From a virus (taxonomy: Duplodnaviria > Caudoviricetes), in the IMG/VR virus record IMGVR_UViG_3300045825_000308, positions 1 to 63,472 of that record: 63,472 nucleotides of DNA. One strand, given 5' to 3'. Below the pieces are notes generated by a model. The model worked only from the letters and a program-made list of their open reading frames with translations, was not told the origin of the DNA and did not search any database. Positions 10,439-20,652 of this stretch are shown here, piece by piece (position 1 is the first letter of the stretch; every line of letters begins with the position of its first letter). A program made the position numbers and the translations under genes.

Positions 10439-12859
10439 ATGAGTCAGGCACTTTTTTTAAATCCTTTTGTTCTTACACCGGCTGCATTGACTGGTGGGTC
10501 TGTCGGCAATGGTACTCTGACAATAAACAAACTAACGCATTTTACAATCAATCAACAATATACGGCTGTTTGTACTTCAACAAGTCCTTTTACTGTTTTT
10601 AATGTGGTTGGTCAATTTGACGGAGCAGTCGGTGTTGCAGTTGTAGGAACGCAATTCAGTGATATTGATTTAAAAGTTTTCTTAACTATGCAACAAGGAC
10701 CAACACTTTTTGCCATTGGCGATACATTTAATTTTGAAGTGGCTCAAGGGACAGATGTAACGCAGCAAAATTTAGATGCTTATGATGAACTTCCTCAAAA
10801 GAATTTTGGTGTCGGACAAACTGGGTTAAATAAAGGCGATCATAACTTAAGATTCAACTCTGCTCCAACATCAGCTAGCAAAACTATTGGCAATCTTCAT
10901 TATGTTTCAACTATAGCTGGACCATTAGGTAATGGAATATCTATAGAATATGTTGCTGGATCCTATCTGGCAGCTGCAAACAGAACTATTCAATCAATTC
11001 TATATACTGCGAATGCTTCTGGCTCAGCTGGAAACAATATTCAAATTCAATACGAAGAATATACTCCATCAGTTAAAGCAATAGCAACAATTCAAAACAT
11101 TAGTTATAGTGCTGACTTGGGTGGCACTAATGGAAATCTAATAAGTATTGCCTATACTTCTGGTGGAACAGCGGGAAGTGAAGTGGCTACGGTAGTTGGC
11201 AATGCGATCAGTGTTCAAATTCAATCAGGAGTTTCTACCGCTAATCAAATCATGATTGCCATTGGTTTACACGCACCGGCTGCAGCTTTAATTGATTATA
11301 TTCCGACAGGTACTGGTTTAGAAACTCAAACAACGCAATCAGCTATATTCTTAGTTGGTGGCGTGAATGCTATCGGTGATGCGGGACATGAAGTCATAAC
11401 TGTTATAGCAAACTTAATCAAAGTAAAATTTCAGTCAGGTGTTTCTACTGCTCAACAAATTTATGATAAATTAATGGCTAGTGTTCCGGCCTTGTCGTTG
11501 ATCTCTCCAACTATTACTGGTGTGCCAGCAAGTGTCCAAACAGCTCCAATCGGACCTTTAAATCTTCAGAATGGAACAGATGTTTTAGGTGATCCAGGGA
11601 ATGAAATAGTAACTGTTCTAGCAAATGCTATTAAAATTACTTTTATTAATGGAGCCTCTACAGCAACTCAAATACGAGCTAAAATATTAGCTACACCAGC
11701 AGCTGTGGCTTTGATTACTGTTGCACTAACTGGAACAGGATCTGAATTACAAGCTTCACCAGTAGCCACAACTTATTTAAGTGGCGGCAGAAACACTGGG
11801 ACATTTGCTTTTAACGAAACAGAGTTAACAGCTCCTGGCACTTTCTATGAAGGGAACGCATCAGTTCTTTTAAAAGATATTGTTGTTCAAGGAAACGATT
11901 TTACTTTTGGTGAAACTGTTAAGCAGGGCAAAGTTACTCTTAATGACGATGTTGTTCTTAATGCACCTGGTCCTTTGATTGATAATGCACAAAAAACTAT
12001 TAATAATCTTATTCAAAATGGAAAATGTTTCTTAGTTTCTGCGTTAGACGCTAAGACAGAATGGAGTAAACCAGCTGGAACTCTTCTTTTAAATGGTGAT
12101 ATTGTCTTAGTATTTGCTGAAACAAATATTAAAAATACTCTCTTAATGTCTGCTGGTCCATTTACATTAGCAGATGGCGAACATATTTACTTTGTTGCAG
12201 ATCGTTATAGCAATATTAATGTTACTCCTGTGATATCCACAACAGTTCCAAATTCTCCAAATAGTGAAAATATTTTCCGATTAGTTTCTAGAGTTGGAAC
12301 AACTCTTTATTGGTGGGATAACACTGCCCAAAGAGAAGGTAAGAAAATCAGAATTGGAGAGGGCGGAAGTTCTGGTGCTTGGCAGGAAAAATTAGGCGTA
12401 GGAAATGGTGCTAATTTAAATTTCCCTATCTTAAGTGGCTTCTTTCCAATAGCTCAAGAATCTATATTAGTTTTTTCTAATACAACACACTTTGTTACAA
12501 CTGAGTGGACTTACAATGTTATTCAAAATCAAATTGAATTTGTCACGGCTCCAGCAATTGGCGTAGAAGTCTATGTTTATTTCTTAACAGATGGAGACAC
12601 TATTGTTGTTCCATCACCGTCTGGTGTTCAACAAGTTCTTTATCATACTTTAACAAGTTTAGAAGTGACCAACAAATATTTAACTTTGTCGGTAGCTCCA
12701 GCGGTTCCTGCTAAGGTTTTAGTAGACTACGTTGGAGGAACATCTCAAGTTTATGGAACAGACTTTTCGATAACTGGTGCTATTTTTAGTTGGCCAGGAT
12801 TAGGATTAGAAGTATTAGCAGCTGCAGGAGATATTATCAGGATCGTGTATCAAGCATAA
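10439..12859 (+). CDS. tail protein with three nested copies of the shared domain
   Basis: beta-rich; three N-halves followed by three C-halves. Confidence 0.7.
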   Translation: MSQALFLNPFVLTPAALTGGSVGNGTLTINKLTHFTINQQYTAVCTSTSPFTVFNVVGQFDGAVGVAVVGTQFSDIDLKVFLTMQQGPTLFAIGDTFNFEVAQGTDVTQQNLDAYDELPQKNFGVGQTGLNKGDHNLRFNSAPTSASKTIGNLHYVSTIAGPLGNGISIEYVAGSYLAAANRTIQSILYTANASGSAGNNIQIQYEEYTPSVKAIATIQNISYSADLGGTNGNLISIAYTSGGTAGSEVATVVGNAISVQIQSGVSTANQIMIAIGLHAPAAALIDYIPTGTGLETQTTQSAIFLVGGVNAIGDAGHEVITVIANLIKVKFQSGVSTAQQIYDKLMASVPALSLISPTITGVPASVQTAPIGPLNLQNGTDVLGDPGNEIVTVLANAIKITFINGASTATQIRAKILATPAAVALITVALTGTGSELQASPVATTYLSGGRNTGTFAFNETELTAPGTFYEGNASVLLKDIVVQGNDFTFGETVKQGKVTLNDDVVLNAPGPLIDNAQKTINNLIQNGKCFLVSALDAKTEWSKPAGTLLLNGDIVLVFAETNIKNTLLMSAGPFTLADGEHIYFVADRYSNINVTPVISTTVPNSPNSENIFRLVSRVGTTLYWWDNTAQREGKKIRIGEGGSSGAWQEKLGVGNGANLNFPILSGFFPIAQESILVFSNTTHFVTTEWTYNVIQNQIEFVTAPAIGVEVYVYFLTDGDTIVVPSPSGVQQVLYHTLTSLEVTNKYLTLSVAPAVPAKVLVDYVGGTSQVYGTDFSITGAIFSWPGLGLEVLAAAGDIIRIVYQA

Positions 12860-12894
12860 TTGTAAAAATTTAACAATGTAACTAGGAGAAACAA

Positions 12895-13827
12895 ATGTCA
12901 TTAATTCAAACTAAATTTATGGTCGCTGATGCCATTGATGGATCAAAATTCAAATTAGCAAATGCTCAAACTTTAAGAGCTAGAAACTTCGCAAACAACG
13001 CTGATGTTGCTTTATTCAGCTTAAATGCTTCAGACTTATTAGTGTTTAATACTCAACCCACTTTTGCTGCTGATCCAGTTAACGCTAACGACTTAACTAG
13101 AAAATCTTGGATCGATACACAATTAGGAAACTACGTTTTATCATCTGCAAAAGGTGTAGCAAACGGAGTAGCTTCTTTAGATGCTACTGGATTAATTCCA
13201 ATCGCTCAGCTACCGCCAACAGCTTTAGAAAGATTAGTCATCGTTGCTGATCAAGTAGCTAGATTTGCCTTGACAATTGCTACAGTTCAATTAGGTGACA
13301 CCGTAAAACAAACAGATACTGGTGCAATGTACTTCGTTGTTGATGTGGCTAACTTAGGCAACGCTGCTGGTTATGTTGTTTATACTGCCGGAACAGCTTC
13401 TTCAATTGCTTGGTCTGGAGTAACTTCAACACCAACTACTTTAGCTGGTTACGGAATTACAGATGTTCCCGCTGCTGCAAAAGCTGCTGCCGTAGCTAAC
13501 TCAATTACTACTGGCATTACTGATGTTGCTCCTTCTCAAGCTGCAGTATTTACCGCTCTTGCTGCTAAAGCTGATGCAACAACAATTGTAATCCCAGGAA
13601 GAGAAGTTATTACTTTAATTGCTGGAGATATCACTGCTGGTTATATTGAATTAGCTCATCCTATTAAAGCAAACTCTTTAATGATTGCTCCAAAAGGTGG
13701 ATTAGTTCAAGAACCAGGTGTTGATTTCACAGAATCAATTGTAGTGACTAACACTAGAGTAACTTTCGCTGGTGATTTATTATTATTAGCTGCTACTGAT
13801 AAATTAATTTGTTCTTATATGTACTAA
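12895..13827 (+). CDS. tail fibre-like structural protein
   Basis: KGVANGVASLDATGLIPIAQLP and PTTLAGYGITD fibre motifs. Confidence 0.7.
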   Translation: MSLIQTKFMVADAIDGSKFKLANAQTLRARNFANNADVALFSLNASDLLVFNTQPTFAADPVNANDLTRKSWIDTQLGNYVLSSAKGVANGVASLDATGLIPIAQLPPTALERLVIVADQVARFALTIATVQLGDTVKQTDTGAMYFVVDVANLGNAAGYVVYTAGTASSIAWSGVTSTPTTLAGYGITDVPAAAKAAAVANSITTGITDVAPSQAAVFTALAAKADATTIVIPGREVITLIAGDITAGYIELAHPIKANSLMIAPKGGLVQEPGVDFTESIVVTNTRVTFAGDLLLLAATDKLICSYMY

Positions 13828-13837
13828 GGATTATTGA

Positions 13838-14086
13838 ATGTCTTTGTTACAATTAAAATGGTCTAATGCTGGTGGAGGAACTTTTCAAAAAGAAGTTCCC
13901 ACCGGCACTATAAATGGTTCGAATGTAAACTTCGTGACCAGTCAGGTCCCCAAGACGGGATCTCTTTTAGTTTTTGTAGATAGTATCTTAGAAACAAATT
14001 ACACATACACAAATGGAACTAAAACTATAGCATTTTCTGTGGCGCCGATACTTGGGCAAAACATTTATGTGACTTATAGTTATTAA
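13838..14086 (+). CDS. small structural beta-domain protein
   Basis: EVPTGTINGSNVNF...IAFSVAP; resembles a C-terminal domain of 10439..12859. Confidence 0.6.
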   Translation: MSLLQLKWSNAGGGTFQKEVPTGTINGSNVNFVTSQVPKTGSLLVFVDSILETNYTYTNGTKTIAFSVAPILGQNIYVTYSY

Positions 14087-14095
14087 GAGGAATAT

Positions 14096-17000
14096 ATGGC
14101 TGGAAAAATTCAGAACGCAGACATCAAAACAGAAGCAGAATTAATTGCTTTAGGAGCAACTAAAACTGAATTACCTAATACTACTAAGGTGTATTCTCCA
14201 AAGACTACCAATGTCCTTGAGACAGACTTAAGAAAGAATAATGATGTAGCTACTACTGATCCAGCAGTAGGGAACGATAGCTCTCAGAATTACGAACCAG
14301 GAAGCAGATGGTTAAATACTACTAGTGGTGAATTGTATGTTTGTATGTCGAATGCTACTGGAGCAGCCGTTTGGAAAGAACAAGTTGGAGCAACGGCTAC
14401 ACAAATATTAACTAATAAAACTTTAACTTCTCCAGTTTTAAATAGCCCAAGTGTAGTTACTCCAAGTAGATTGGATGCTAAGCCAGATACTTATGCAAAT
14501 TTAGTCACCTATGCGTCTACTGCTACTGATGGTCAATTTTGTTTTGCAACAGACACTAAAGTAATGTACCAAGTTATCAACGGACTATTAGCTGATGTAG
14601 GAAGTGGCGGTGGAGTTGGTAGCTTAGATGTTTTATCATCTGATTCTGCAGATAAAGCTGTCTTAGCAGATTACACTCAAACCAACTTAGAAATAGTATC
14701 CACTCCAATAGTATTACATGGAACTAAATCTTTTAGACTTCAACATACTACTTCAATTAAATCATTTAAGAAAGTTATAGCAGTTGATAAAAAATTCAGA
14801 GGTAAAAATAATACAGTGACTTTAGATGTGTTATCTACAGCAACTTCTGGAAACCTTAATATTTTATTTTATGATGAAACTAATGCTGCAAATTTAGTAG
14901 CTTCTCAAAGTATCGCTACAAACTCTCTTCCTCTAACTGCAACTACAGCAAATGCTAGTAATCAATTAACAGGATTAACTCAAGCATTTTACAATACTTT
15001 AAAAGTTGGTATGGTTATTACTGGTTCAGCTATTCCGGTTGGAACTACTATTACTGCTTTAGCTCCATCAACTTTAACTGCTACCATTTCTCAAAATGCT
15101 ACTGGAGTAAGTACAGGAATTAGAATTTCAGACTTAGTTCAAAAGAAAACTTTTAGCTTTGATGTTCCAAATAACTGCTTAAGTTTATCTTGGACAATTT
15201 CAAGCGTTGTTGAAGCCGCAGTAGAATCTTATATTGATGATGTTGTTGTTCAACTAACTGCTCAGGCTTTGAGTTCAACTTCAATAACAGTTCCAGTTAA
15301 TAATAATTATTCTGGTTTAATTGTTTCAGGAATGACCATTGGAGCAACAACTACTGCTCCAACAAAAGGAACTATAGTTACAGATAAAATTGTTCACTCT
15401 AGATTCGAAAATAGATTAAAAGCTTCTTTTCAATTTAATCAATCTGCCGGTGGAACTGCTGGTAGTGGAGATTATTTATTCACTCTTCCTAATTCATTAA
15501 GTTTTGATTCTAATCAAATCACTCCTTATGCTGGTGCTGGATGGTCAGGAAACAATGGTATTGTGTCTGCATATGTTGGATCTGCCGATGTAACTTACGG
15601 CGGTATTTATATGGGGATTGGTAAAGCCTTTGCCTATAGTTCAACGCAATTTAGGATATATATAGAAACTACGACTACTGCAGGTGGTGGAGCTCTTGGT
15701 TATTTACTTGGGTCATCAAATTTTCCTTTAAGCGGAGCTGCAGCTATTAATGCAGAAATAGACGCACCTATCGCTGGATGGTCATCAAATCAAACAACCA
15801 CAACAACAATCCCACTTACTACAGCGCAACTAGTTCAGCAGAGTGATAGTACATTAAAACTAAGTACCAATAACGGATACGGATCTACTAACACTAAAAT
15901 TAGAAGATTTGTGAATATAGATAAAAATATAGGTTCTTCGATTTCTTATCAAGATTCTGCAACTTTTGGAGCAAGCTTCACCGTACTAGAAGCAGGAGAA
16001 TTTCAGATAACCTATTATGATAACTTTACATCAGCACAAGGAATGGGATTAACAGTCAATAGCGCGGAACTCACTACTGTAATTGACTCAGTTTTAACCA
16101 CTTCTCGATTAGCTAACATTACAACGCAAGGAGCAGGTTCTCCTGGAAATGTATCATGGTCTGGGTATTTAGAAGTTGGTGACGTAGTTAGAGTGCATAC
16201 TTCAGGAGTTGCCACAACTACTGCGGCTAACAGTGGATTTACAATCTCAAAACAAGGCTCCCTAAAACAACTCAATCCTTCAAGTGATTCAAAAATTACA
16301 ATCCCAACGCATTCATTAAGATTTGAAGGTTGTTCTACACGTGGTTCTACCGATACAGCAATAGTTAAATTCGACACTCAAACAATTACTCAAGGTGATG
16401 CTTGGTCTGTTGTTAATACTGCGGCTAATGGAACTGTTGTTACGATGTTGAAAGCTGGGAAGTTAACAGTATCTTCTACTGTTTATTTAGCAACAACTGG
16501 CTATACATTTATAACAAAAAATCAAGCAATATTAACTGCAAATCCAGTAACGTCTGAGATAGTTGCAAGTACTTACGGTAATGCCAATCAGGTTTACAAT
16601 GCGTCTGGAACAGTGGATGTTGTAGTTGGCGACAAGATCAGAATTGCAACCAATGTAACACCTACATCTGATTTTGGAAACAGACTTACGTTCTCCCTCA
16701 CAGAAACCTCAATCCCAGCTAACTTTTCAAATGTTTTACCGCAATGGAGTCAGTCGGATTCTTCAATAAGACTAGATACAGGTAACGGTACTGGGTCAAC
16801 AAATACTCAAGTAAGAAGATTTGCTAGTAATCCTGACAATCTTGGAACTGCAATATCCTATACTGATTCAGCAACTCTAGGTGCTAGTTTCACGATTAAT
16901 GAAGATGGGGATTATACAATAAGCTACACCGATACCACTACAGCACTAGCAGCTATACAGTTAGTAAAAAATCAAACCACCAATGCGGTAGGTACGAATA

Positions 17001-18598
17001 TTTTAAACGTATCCTCAATTCAAGCTGGGGTTACTGGACATGTTTCAGCTAACCCTTATCTCGTAAAGGGTGATGTAATTAGAGCAGTAGTAAACAACAT
17101 CGCATCTTTTGATTCAGTCTCTACTTCGGCTAAATTCACAATCTCAAAAGTCGGTAAACCAAATCTAACTTCAGTCGATGTTACTCCTTTTGTAAATATG
17201 AAGACGACTGATGTTGAGGCTATTACCTATTTTGGAGCACAGAGTGGATTAACTGATAGATCAGGTGAAATTCAGTTTCCGATTGGATCAGTTCAAAGAA
17301 CCAACAATGGAATTATTTCTGTAGTTGACGATACTGCAAGCACTAGAACTAAGTTCACTGCACTTAAAAAAACAATAATTAATGTATCTTTTTCATGTTC
17401 AGCGTCTACTGCTACTACTTTTCCAATTATTTCAAAAAATGGGGTAGAGGTATTACAAGGATCAATGGCAGGTGTTACATCAAATCGTGAAACCGTATCA
17501 GGTAGTATAAGTTTAGAGGTAGGGGATTTTATCACTGTCGGAACAAATAATGCTGTAGAAAATAGTGCAACTACTTTAGATTTATTAATTACCGCAACCG
17601 CAGACAACAACGCCACAGCTTCACCAACTCAACAAGTTTCTTCTGATACAATGAACTTTGCGTTTAAAGCTACTGCAATTGATCCTGCAGTTGATGCGGT
17701 TGGTACGTTTAATACTTATGCGTTTACAGCGAACTCTAGTACACCAACTATAACAGCGTCTAATCAATCAACTCAAACAAGTTCATCTATGAATATTAAT
17801 GGAGTTCAACTATTTAGTAGAGCTTTTAATGCAAATAGTGTTGCTGGACAACCAGTTAGATTTGAAATATTTATAGGTAAAGGATTAAAAAGTAATCAGG
17901 TAGATATGTACGCGGCAGCTAGTAAAACAAATTCATTTTCTTATAATAGAATGATTAGAACGTTGTCTTCAGAAGGCGGAACAGAGGTTAGTTATAGTGA
18001 AACATCAGGTATATTGGTATTAGATGCAGCTACATCAGCAATAGCTAATACAGGCAGAACTTTAGATGCAGTTGGGTTTGTGCCAACTTCAGGTTACTTC
18101 GTTTTCAATGCTTCAAAATCACCATCGCTTGTTACGATACCAAACTTAACTCAGAGGATTGCTTATTTGAGTGATGTGAAGGCAAATACAACAGCGGCTG
18201 GAACAGCATTTGCAACTGTTTATGGTACGAGAACATTGAATACTTTGGTAGACAATACTGGGATTGTAACTAGTTTAGCAGCCAATCAATTTACACTAAA
18301 TAAAGGTGTTTATAATATAGACGCCACTTGTCAAGCATATCTTGCAAATGCGCACAGGGCAAGAATTAGAAATATTACAGATGGCACAACGATATTGCTT
18401 GGCTCCTCAGAATATGCTAACGGCTCTACTCAAAATACAAGTAGAGTTAATGGAGAAATAACAATTACATCTTCTAAAACTTTTGAGTTACAGCATTTTA
18501 CAACCACAGCTACAGCAACAAATGGTTTAGGAGTTCCAGCTTCATCTGGCGAATCTGAAGTTTATGCAACTTGCAAAATTACTAAAATACGAGATTAA
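14096..18598 (+). CDS. large tail fibre / receptor-binding adhesin
   Basis: 1500 aa, Thr/Ser-rich; TQILTNKTLTSP motif; tandem C1q-like domains. Confidence 0.8.
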   Translation: MAGKIQNADIKTEAELIALGATKTELPNTTKVYSPKTTNVLETDLRKNNDVATTDPAVGNDSSQNYEPGSRWLNTTSGELYVCMSNATGAAVWKEQVGATATQILTNKTLTSPVLNSPSVVTPSRLDAKPDTYANLVTYASTATDGQFCFATDTKVMYQVINGLLADVGSGGGVGSLDVLSSDSADKAVLADYTQTNLEIVSTPIVLHGTKSFRLQHTTSIKSFKKVIAVDKKFRGKNNTVTLDVLSTATSGNLNILFYDETNAANLVASQSIATNSLPLTATTANASNQLTGLTQAFYNTLKVGMVITGSAIPVGTTITALAPSTLTATISQNATGVSTGIRISDLVQKKTFSFDVPNNCLSLSWTISSVVEAAVESYIDDVVVQLTAQALSSTSITVPVNNNYSGLIVSGMTIGATTTAPTKGTIVTDKIVHSRFENRLKASFQFNQSAGGTAGSGDYLFTLPNSLSFDSNQITPYAGAGWSGNNGIVSAYVGSADVTYGGIYMGIGKAFAYSSTQFRIYIETTTTAGGGALGYLLGSSNFPLSGAAAINAEIDAPIAGWSSNQTTTTTIPLTTAQLVQQSDSTLKLSTNNGYGSTNTKIRRFVNIDKNIGSSISYQDSATFGASFTVLEAGEFQITYYDNFTSAQGMGLTVNSAELTTVIDSVLTTSRLANITTQGAGSPGNVSWSGYLEVGDVVRVHTSGVATTTAANSGFTISKQGSLKQLNPSSDSKITIPTHSLRFEGCSTRGSTDTAIVKFDTQTITQGDAWSVVNTAANGTVVTMLKAGKLTVSSTVYLATTGYTFITKNQAILTANPVTSEIVASTYGNANQVYNASGTVDVVVGDKIRIATNVTPTSDFGNRLTFSLTETSIPANFSNVLPQWSQSDSSIRLDTGNGTGSTNTQVRRFASNPDNLGTAISYTDSATLGASFTINEDGDYTISYTDTTTALAAIQLVKNQTTNAVGTNILNVSSIQAGVTGHVSANPYLVKGDVIRAVVNNIASFDSVSTSAKFTISKVGKPNLTSVDVTPFVNMKTTDVEAITYFGAQSGLTDRSGEIQFPIGSVQRTNNGIISVVDDTASTRTKFTALKKTIINVSFSCSASTATTFPIISKNGVEVLQGSMAGVTSNRETVSGSISLEVGDFITVGTNNAVENSATTLDLLITATADNNATASPTQQVSSDTMNFAFKATAIDPAVDAVGTFNTYAFTANSSTPTITASNQSTQTSSSMNINGVQLFSRAFNANSVAGQPVRFEIFIGKGLKSNQVDMYAAASKTNSFSYNRMIRTLSSEGGTEVSYSETSGILVLDAATSAIANTGRTLDAVGFVPTSGYFVFNASKSPSLVTIPNLTQRIAYLSDVKANTTAAGTAFATVYGTRTLNTLVDNTGIVTSLAANQFTLNKGVYNIDATCQAYLANAHRARIRNITDGTTILLGSSEYANGSTQNTSRVNGEITITSSKTFELQHFTTTATATNGLGVPASSGESEVYATCKITKIRD

Positions 18599-18600
18599 GA

Positions 18601-19275
18601 ATGTATAAAATATTAAAAACTTGTACAAAGTGTAAAGACATTAAGACTATTGATATGTTTTATAAAGACAGAAAAAAAATAGATGGATTATGTTCCCACT
18701 GTAAAATGTGCAAACAAATAGCTAATAAAAAATGGATAGATAATAATCCAGAAAAAATGAAGCAGTCTACTAATGCATGGATAGAACGTAATAAAAGCAG
18801 ATTTTTACAAAAATCTAGAGATTATTATTATAACCATAAAGAAGTTGCATTAGCTAAATCAAAAGAATATGATAAATTAAATAGAGCGACAAAGAGAATT
18901 TATAGTTTGAATTATTATAAAAATAATCCAGACAAAATGAAAAATTATCATAAAAAATCGTATCAGCGAAATAAAGAAAAAATTATAAAGCGTAGCAACC
19001 TAAGACATGTTCTAAAAAGAAAAAGTAGTATCATTTCGCAAAAATTAAATATGATTGGTGAAATTACTTATATATATACATTAGCTAAGTTTTTATCTAA
19101 GATATTAACGATAAGAGTTTCTATTGACCACATAATCCCCTTAAAAAACAAATTTATTTGCGGGTTAGATGTGCCATGGAATATGCAGTTATTAGAATTA
19201 AGAGACAATATAAGCAAGAATAATAAATTTGATGGAACTTATAATAATAGTGGATGGTGCAATCATGTTATATAA
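18601..19275 (+). CDS. HNH homing endonuclease
   Basis: N-terminal CxxC...CxxC; IDHIIPL...CGLDVPWNMQLL...N..KNNKF. Confidence 0.85.
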   Translation: MYKILKTCTKCKDIKTIDMFYKDRKKIDGLCSHCKMCKQIANKKWIDNNPEKMKQSTNAWIERNKSRFLQKSRDYYYNHKEVALAKSKEYDKLNRATKRIYSLNYYKNNPDKMKNYHKKSYQRNKEKIIKRSNLRHVLKRKSSIISQKLNMIGEITYIYTLAKFLSKILTIRVSIDHIIPLKNKFICGLDVPWNMQLLELRDNISKNNKFDGTYNNSGWCNHVI

Positions 19276-20092
19276 AAAATGTTTAGAAAAATTAGGATTC
19301 GTTGAAAATAAAGATTTTGCTCTAACAGTAGGTTCTTTCATTATGCTTCAACAATCCAGAATGGTTAATCAATTCATTATTCACCCAGAGGTTCCTGCAA
19401 CTTTTGATATTGATGGCATTACAGAATTGACTCCATTAATTCCAACATGGAATGAAAAAGTAATTATCCACCATCCATTAGTTCCAGCAGTTATAGATGT
19501 AGATGGAGTAACTATAATCACCCCAGAAGTTTTGGCTTATGATGAAGATGTTTTAGTTGAAGAGTTCTTTACTCTAACTGCTCCAACTCAACTTCAATTA
19601 GATGAAACATGGAAACAGGTTCAACTATCAGAATCAGACATCTCATTATTAATTGGTGAATATCTTAAAGGAAAAGATCTTTTAAGAGATCCAGAAAATG
19701 ATTCAATCAATATAGTTAATGGAAATATCCATTCTTGGTCTTTCAAGAATATAGTTCAACCTACAGTAGATGAATTAGTTGCTTTAATAGCTCCGATGAA
19801 TGCTAAAAATACTGAAGATAAAAGAACATCTGATTTATTAGCTTTGGGTAAGAAATCCCGAGAAGCTTGTGACAAAGCTTTAGATTTAATATCTGGGCAT
19901 AATCAACTAACCGCATTAACAGATATTCAGATAACAGAAATGACAACTGTTTTTGCTCCAATAGTAATGGCGTTATCGGTGCACAAAAGACCAAATCTAG
20001 CAAAAGCATTAATAACTGCCATTGTCCCAGATGAAGTAACGGTAACTACTCAAATGAAGAATGATCTATTAGCGATCCTTACCATTCTTTAA
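19265..20092 (+). CDS. tail fibre-associated / assembly protein
   Basis: position after fibre; internal tandem repeat; ATG 19265 overlaps the HNH 3' end (ORF track start is 19229). Confidence 0.5.
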   Translation: MLYKKCLEKLGFVENKDFALTVGSFIMLQQSRMVNQFIIHPEVPATFDIDGITELTPLIPTWNEKVIIHHPLVPAVIDVDGVTIITPEVLAYDEDVLVEEFFTLTAPTQLQLDETWKQVQLSESDISLLIGEYLKGKDLLRDPENDSINIVNGNIHSWSFKNIVQPTVDELVALIAPMNAKNTEDKRTSDLLALGKKSREACDKALDLISGHNQLTALTDIQITEMTTVFAPIVMALSVHKRPNLAKALITAIVPDEVTVTTQMKNDLLAILTIL

Positions 20093-20122
20093 TTGTAAAA
20101 TTGTAAAGATATTATTATAATA

Positions 20123-20148
20123 GAGGGAGTCATTTGAACTCCCTTTTT
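20123..20148 (+). terminator. rho-independent terminator
   Basis: AGGGAGT/ACTCCCT stem followed by T tract. Confidence 0.75.
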
Positions 20149-20166
20149 CATTTTTAAGGACTAATT

Positions 20167-20652
20167 ATGGAAAGCAATACACACTTTGACATTAAACAAT
20201 TCCAACATGTTTTTGAACAACTTGGCCAATTTTTTCATTTAAAACTATTATTCGCACTTCTTTTCACATTCTTCAGTTGGTCTTTTGATGGATCAATAGA
20301 AATTCTGATAACCATCTTTACATTAATAAGTCTAGATACTATTACCGGAACAGGTATAGCTATCAGAAATAAATTCCTAGATAAGAAAGGACTATATGTT
20401 GGAGATAAGAAGCATATTTTTAGCTCAAGAGGAATTTATAGAGGACCAATTAAGGTGGTAGTTTATGCTTTAATGGTTTTAGTTTCAAGATTAGCAGATA
20501 AACATGTTCCGCTTCATGTCTTTTCTCCAATGATGGACACCTTTCTAGTCTCAACAGAAGTATATTCAATATTAGAAAACTTTGCTAAGATGGGATTCAG
20601 CGTACCGACTACAATGATTGGTAAATTGAAACTATTAGCTGGGGCAAAATAA
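20167..20652 (+). CDS. holin (toxin secretion / phage lysis holin family)
   Basis: TM segments; LDTITG, SSRG and EVYSILEN..KMG..VP motifs. Confidence 0.85.
   Translation: MESNTHFDIKQFQHVFEQLGQFFHLKLLFALLFTFFSWSFDGSIEILITIFTLISLDTITGTGIAIRNKFLDKKGLYVGDKKHIFSSRGIYRGPIKVVVYALMVLVSRLADKHVPLHVFSPMMDTFLVSTEVYSILENFAKMGFSVPTTMIGKLKLLAGAK

Noticed and set aside
7137-17616. Minus-strand ORFs inside the tape measure and fibre genes, and similar shadow ORFs elsewhere
   Set aside because: Antisense shadows of long plus-strand genes, with no RBS or recognisable motifs
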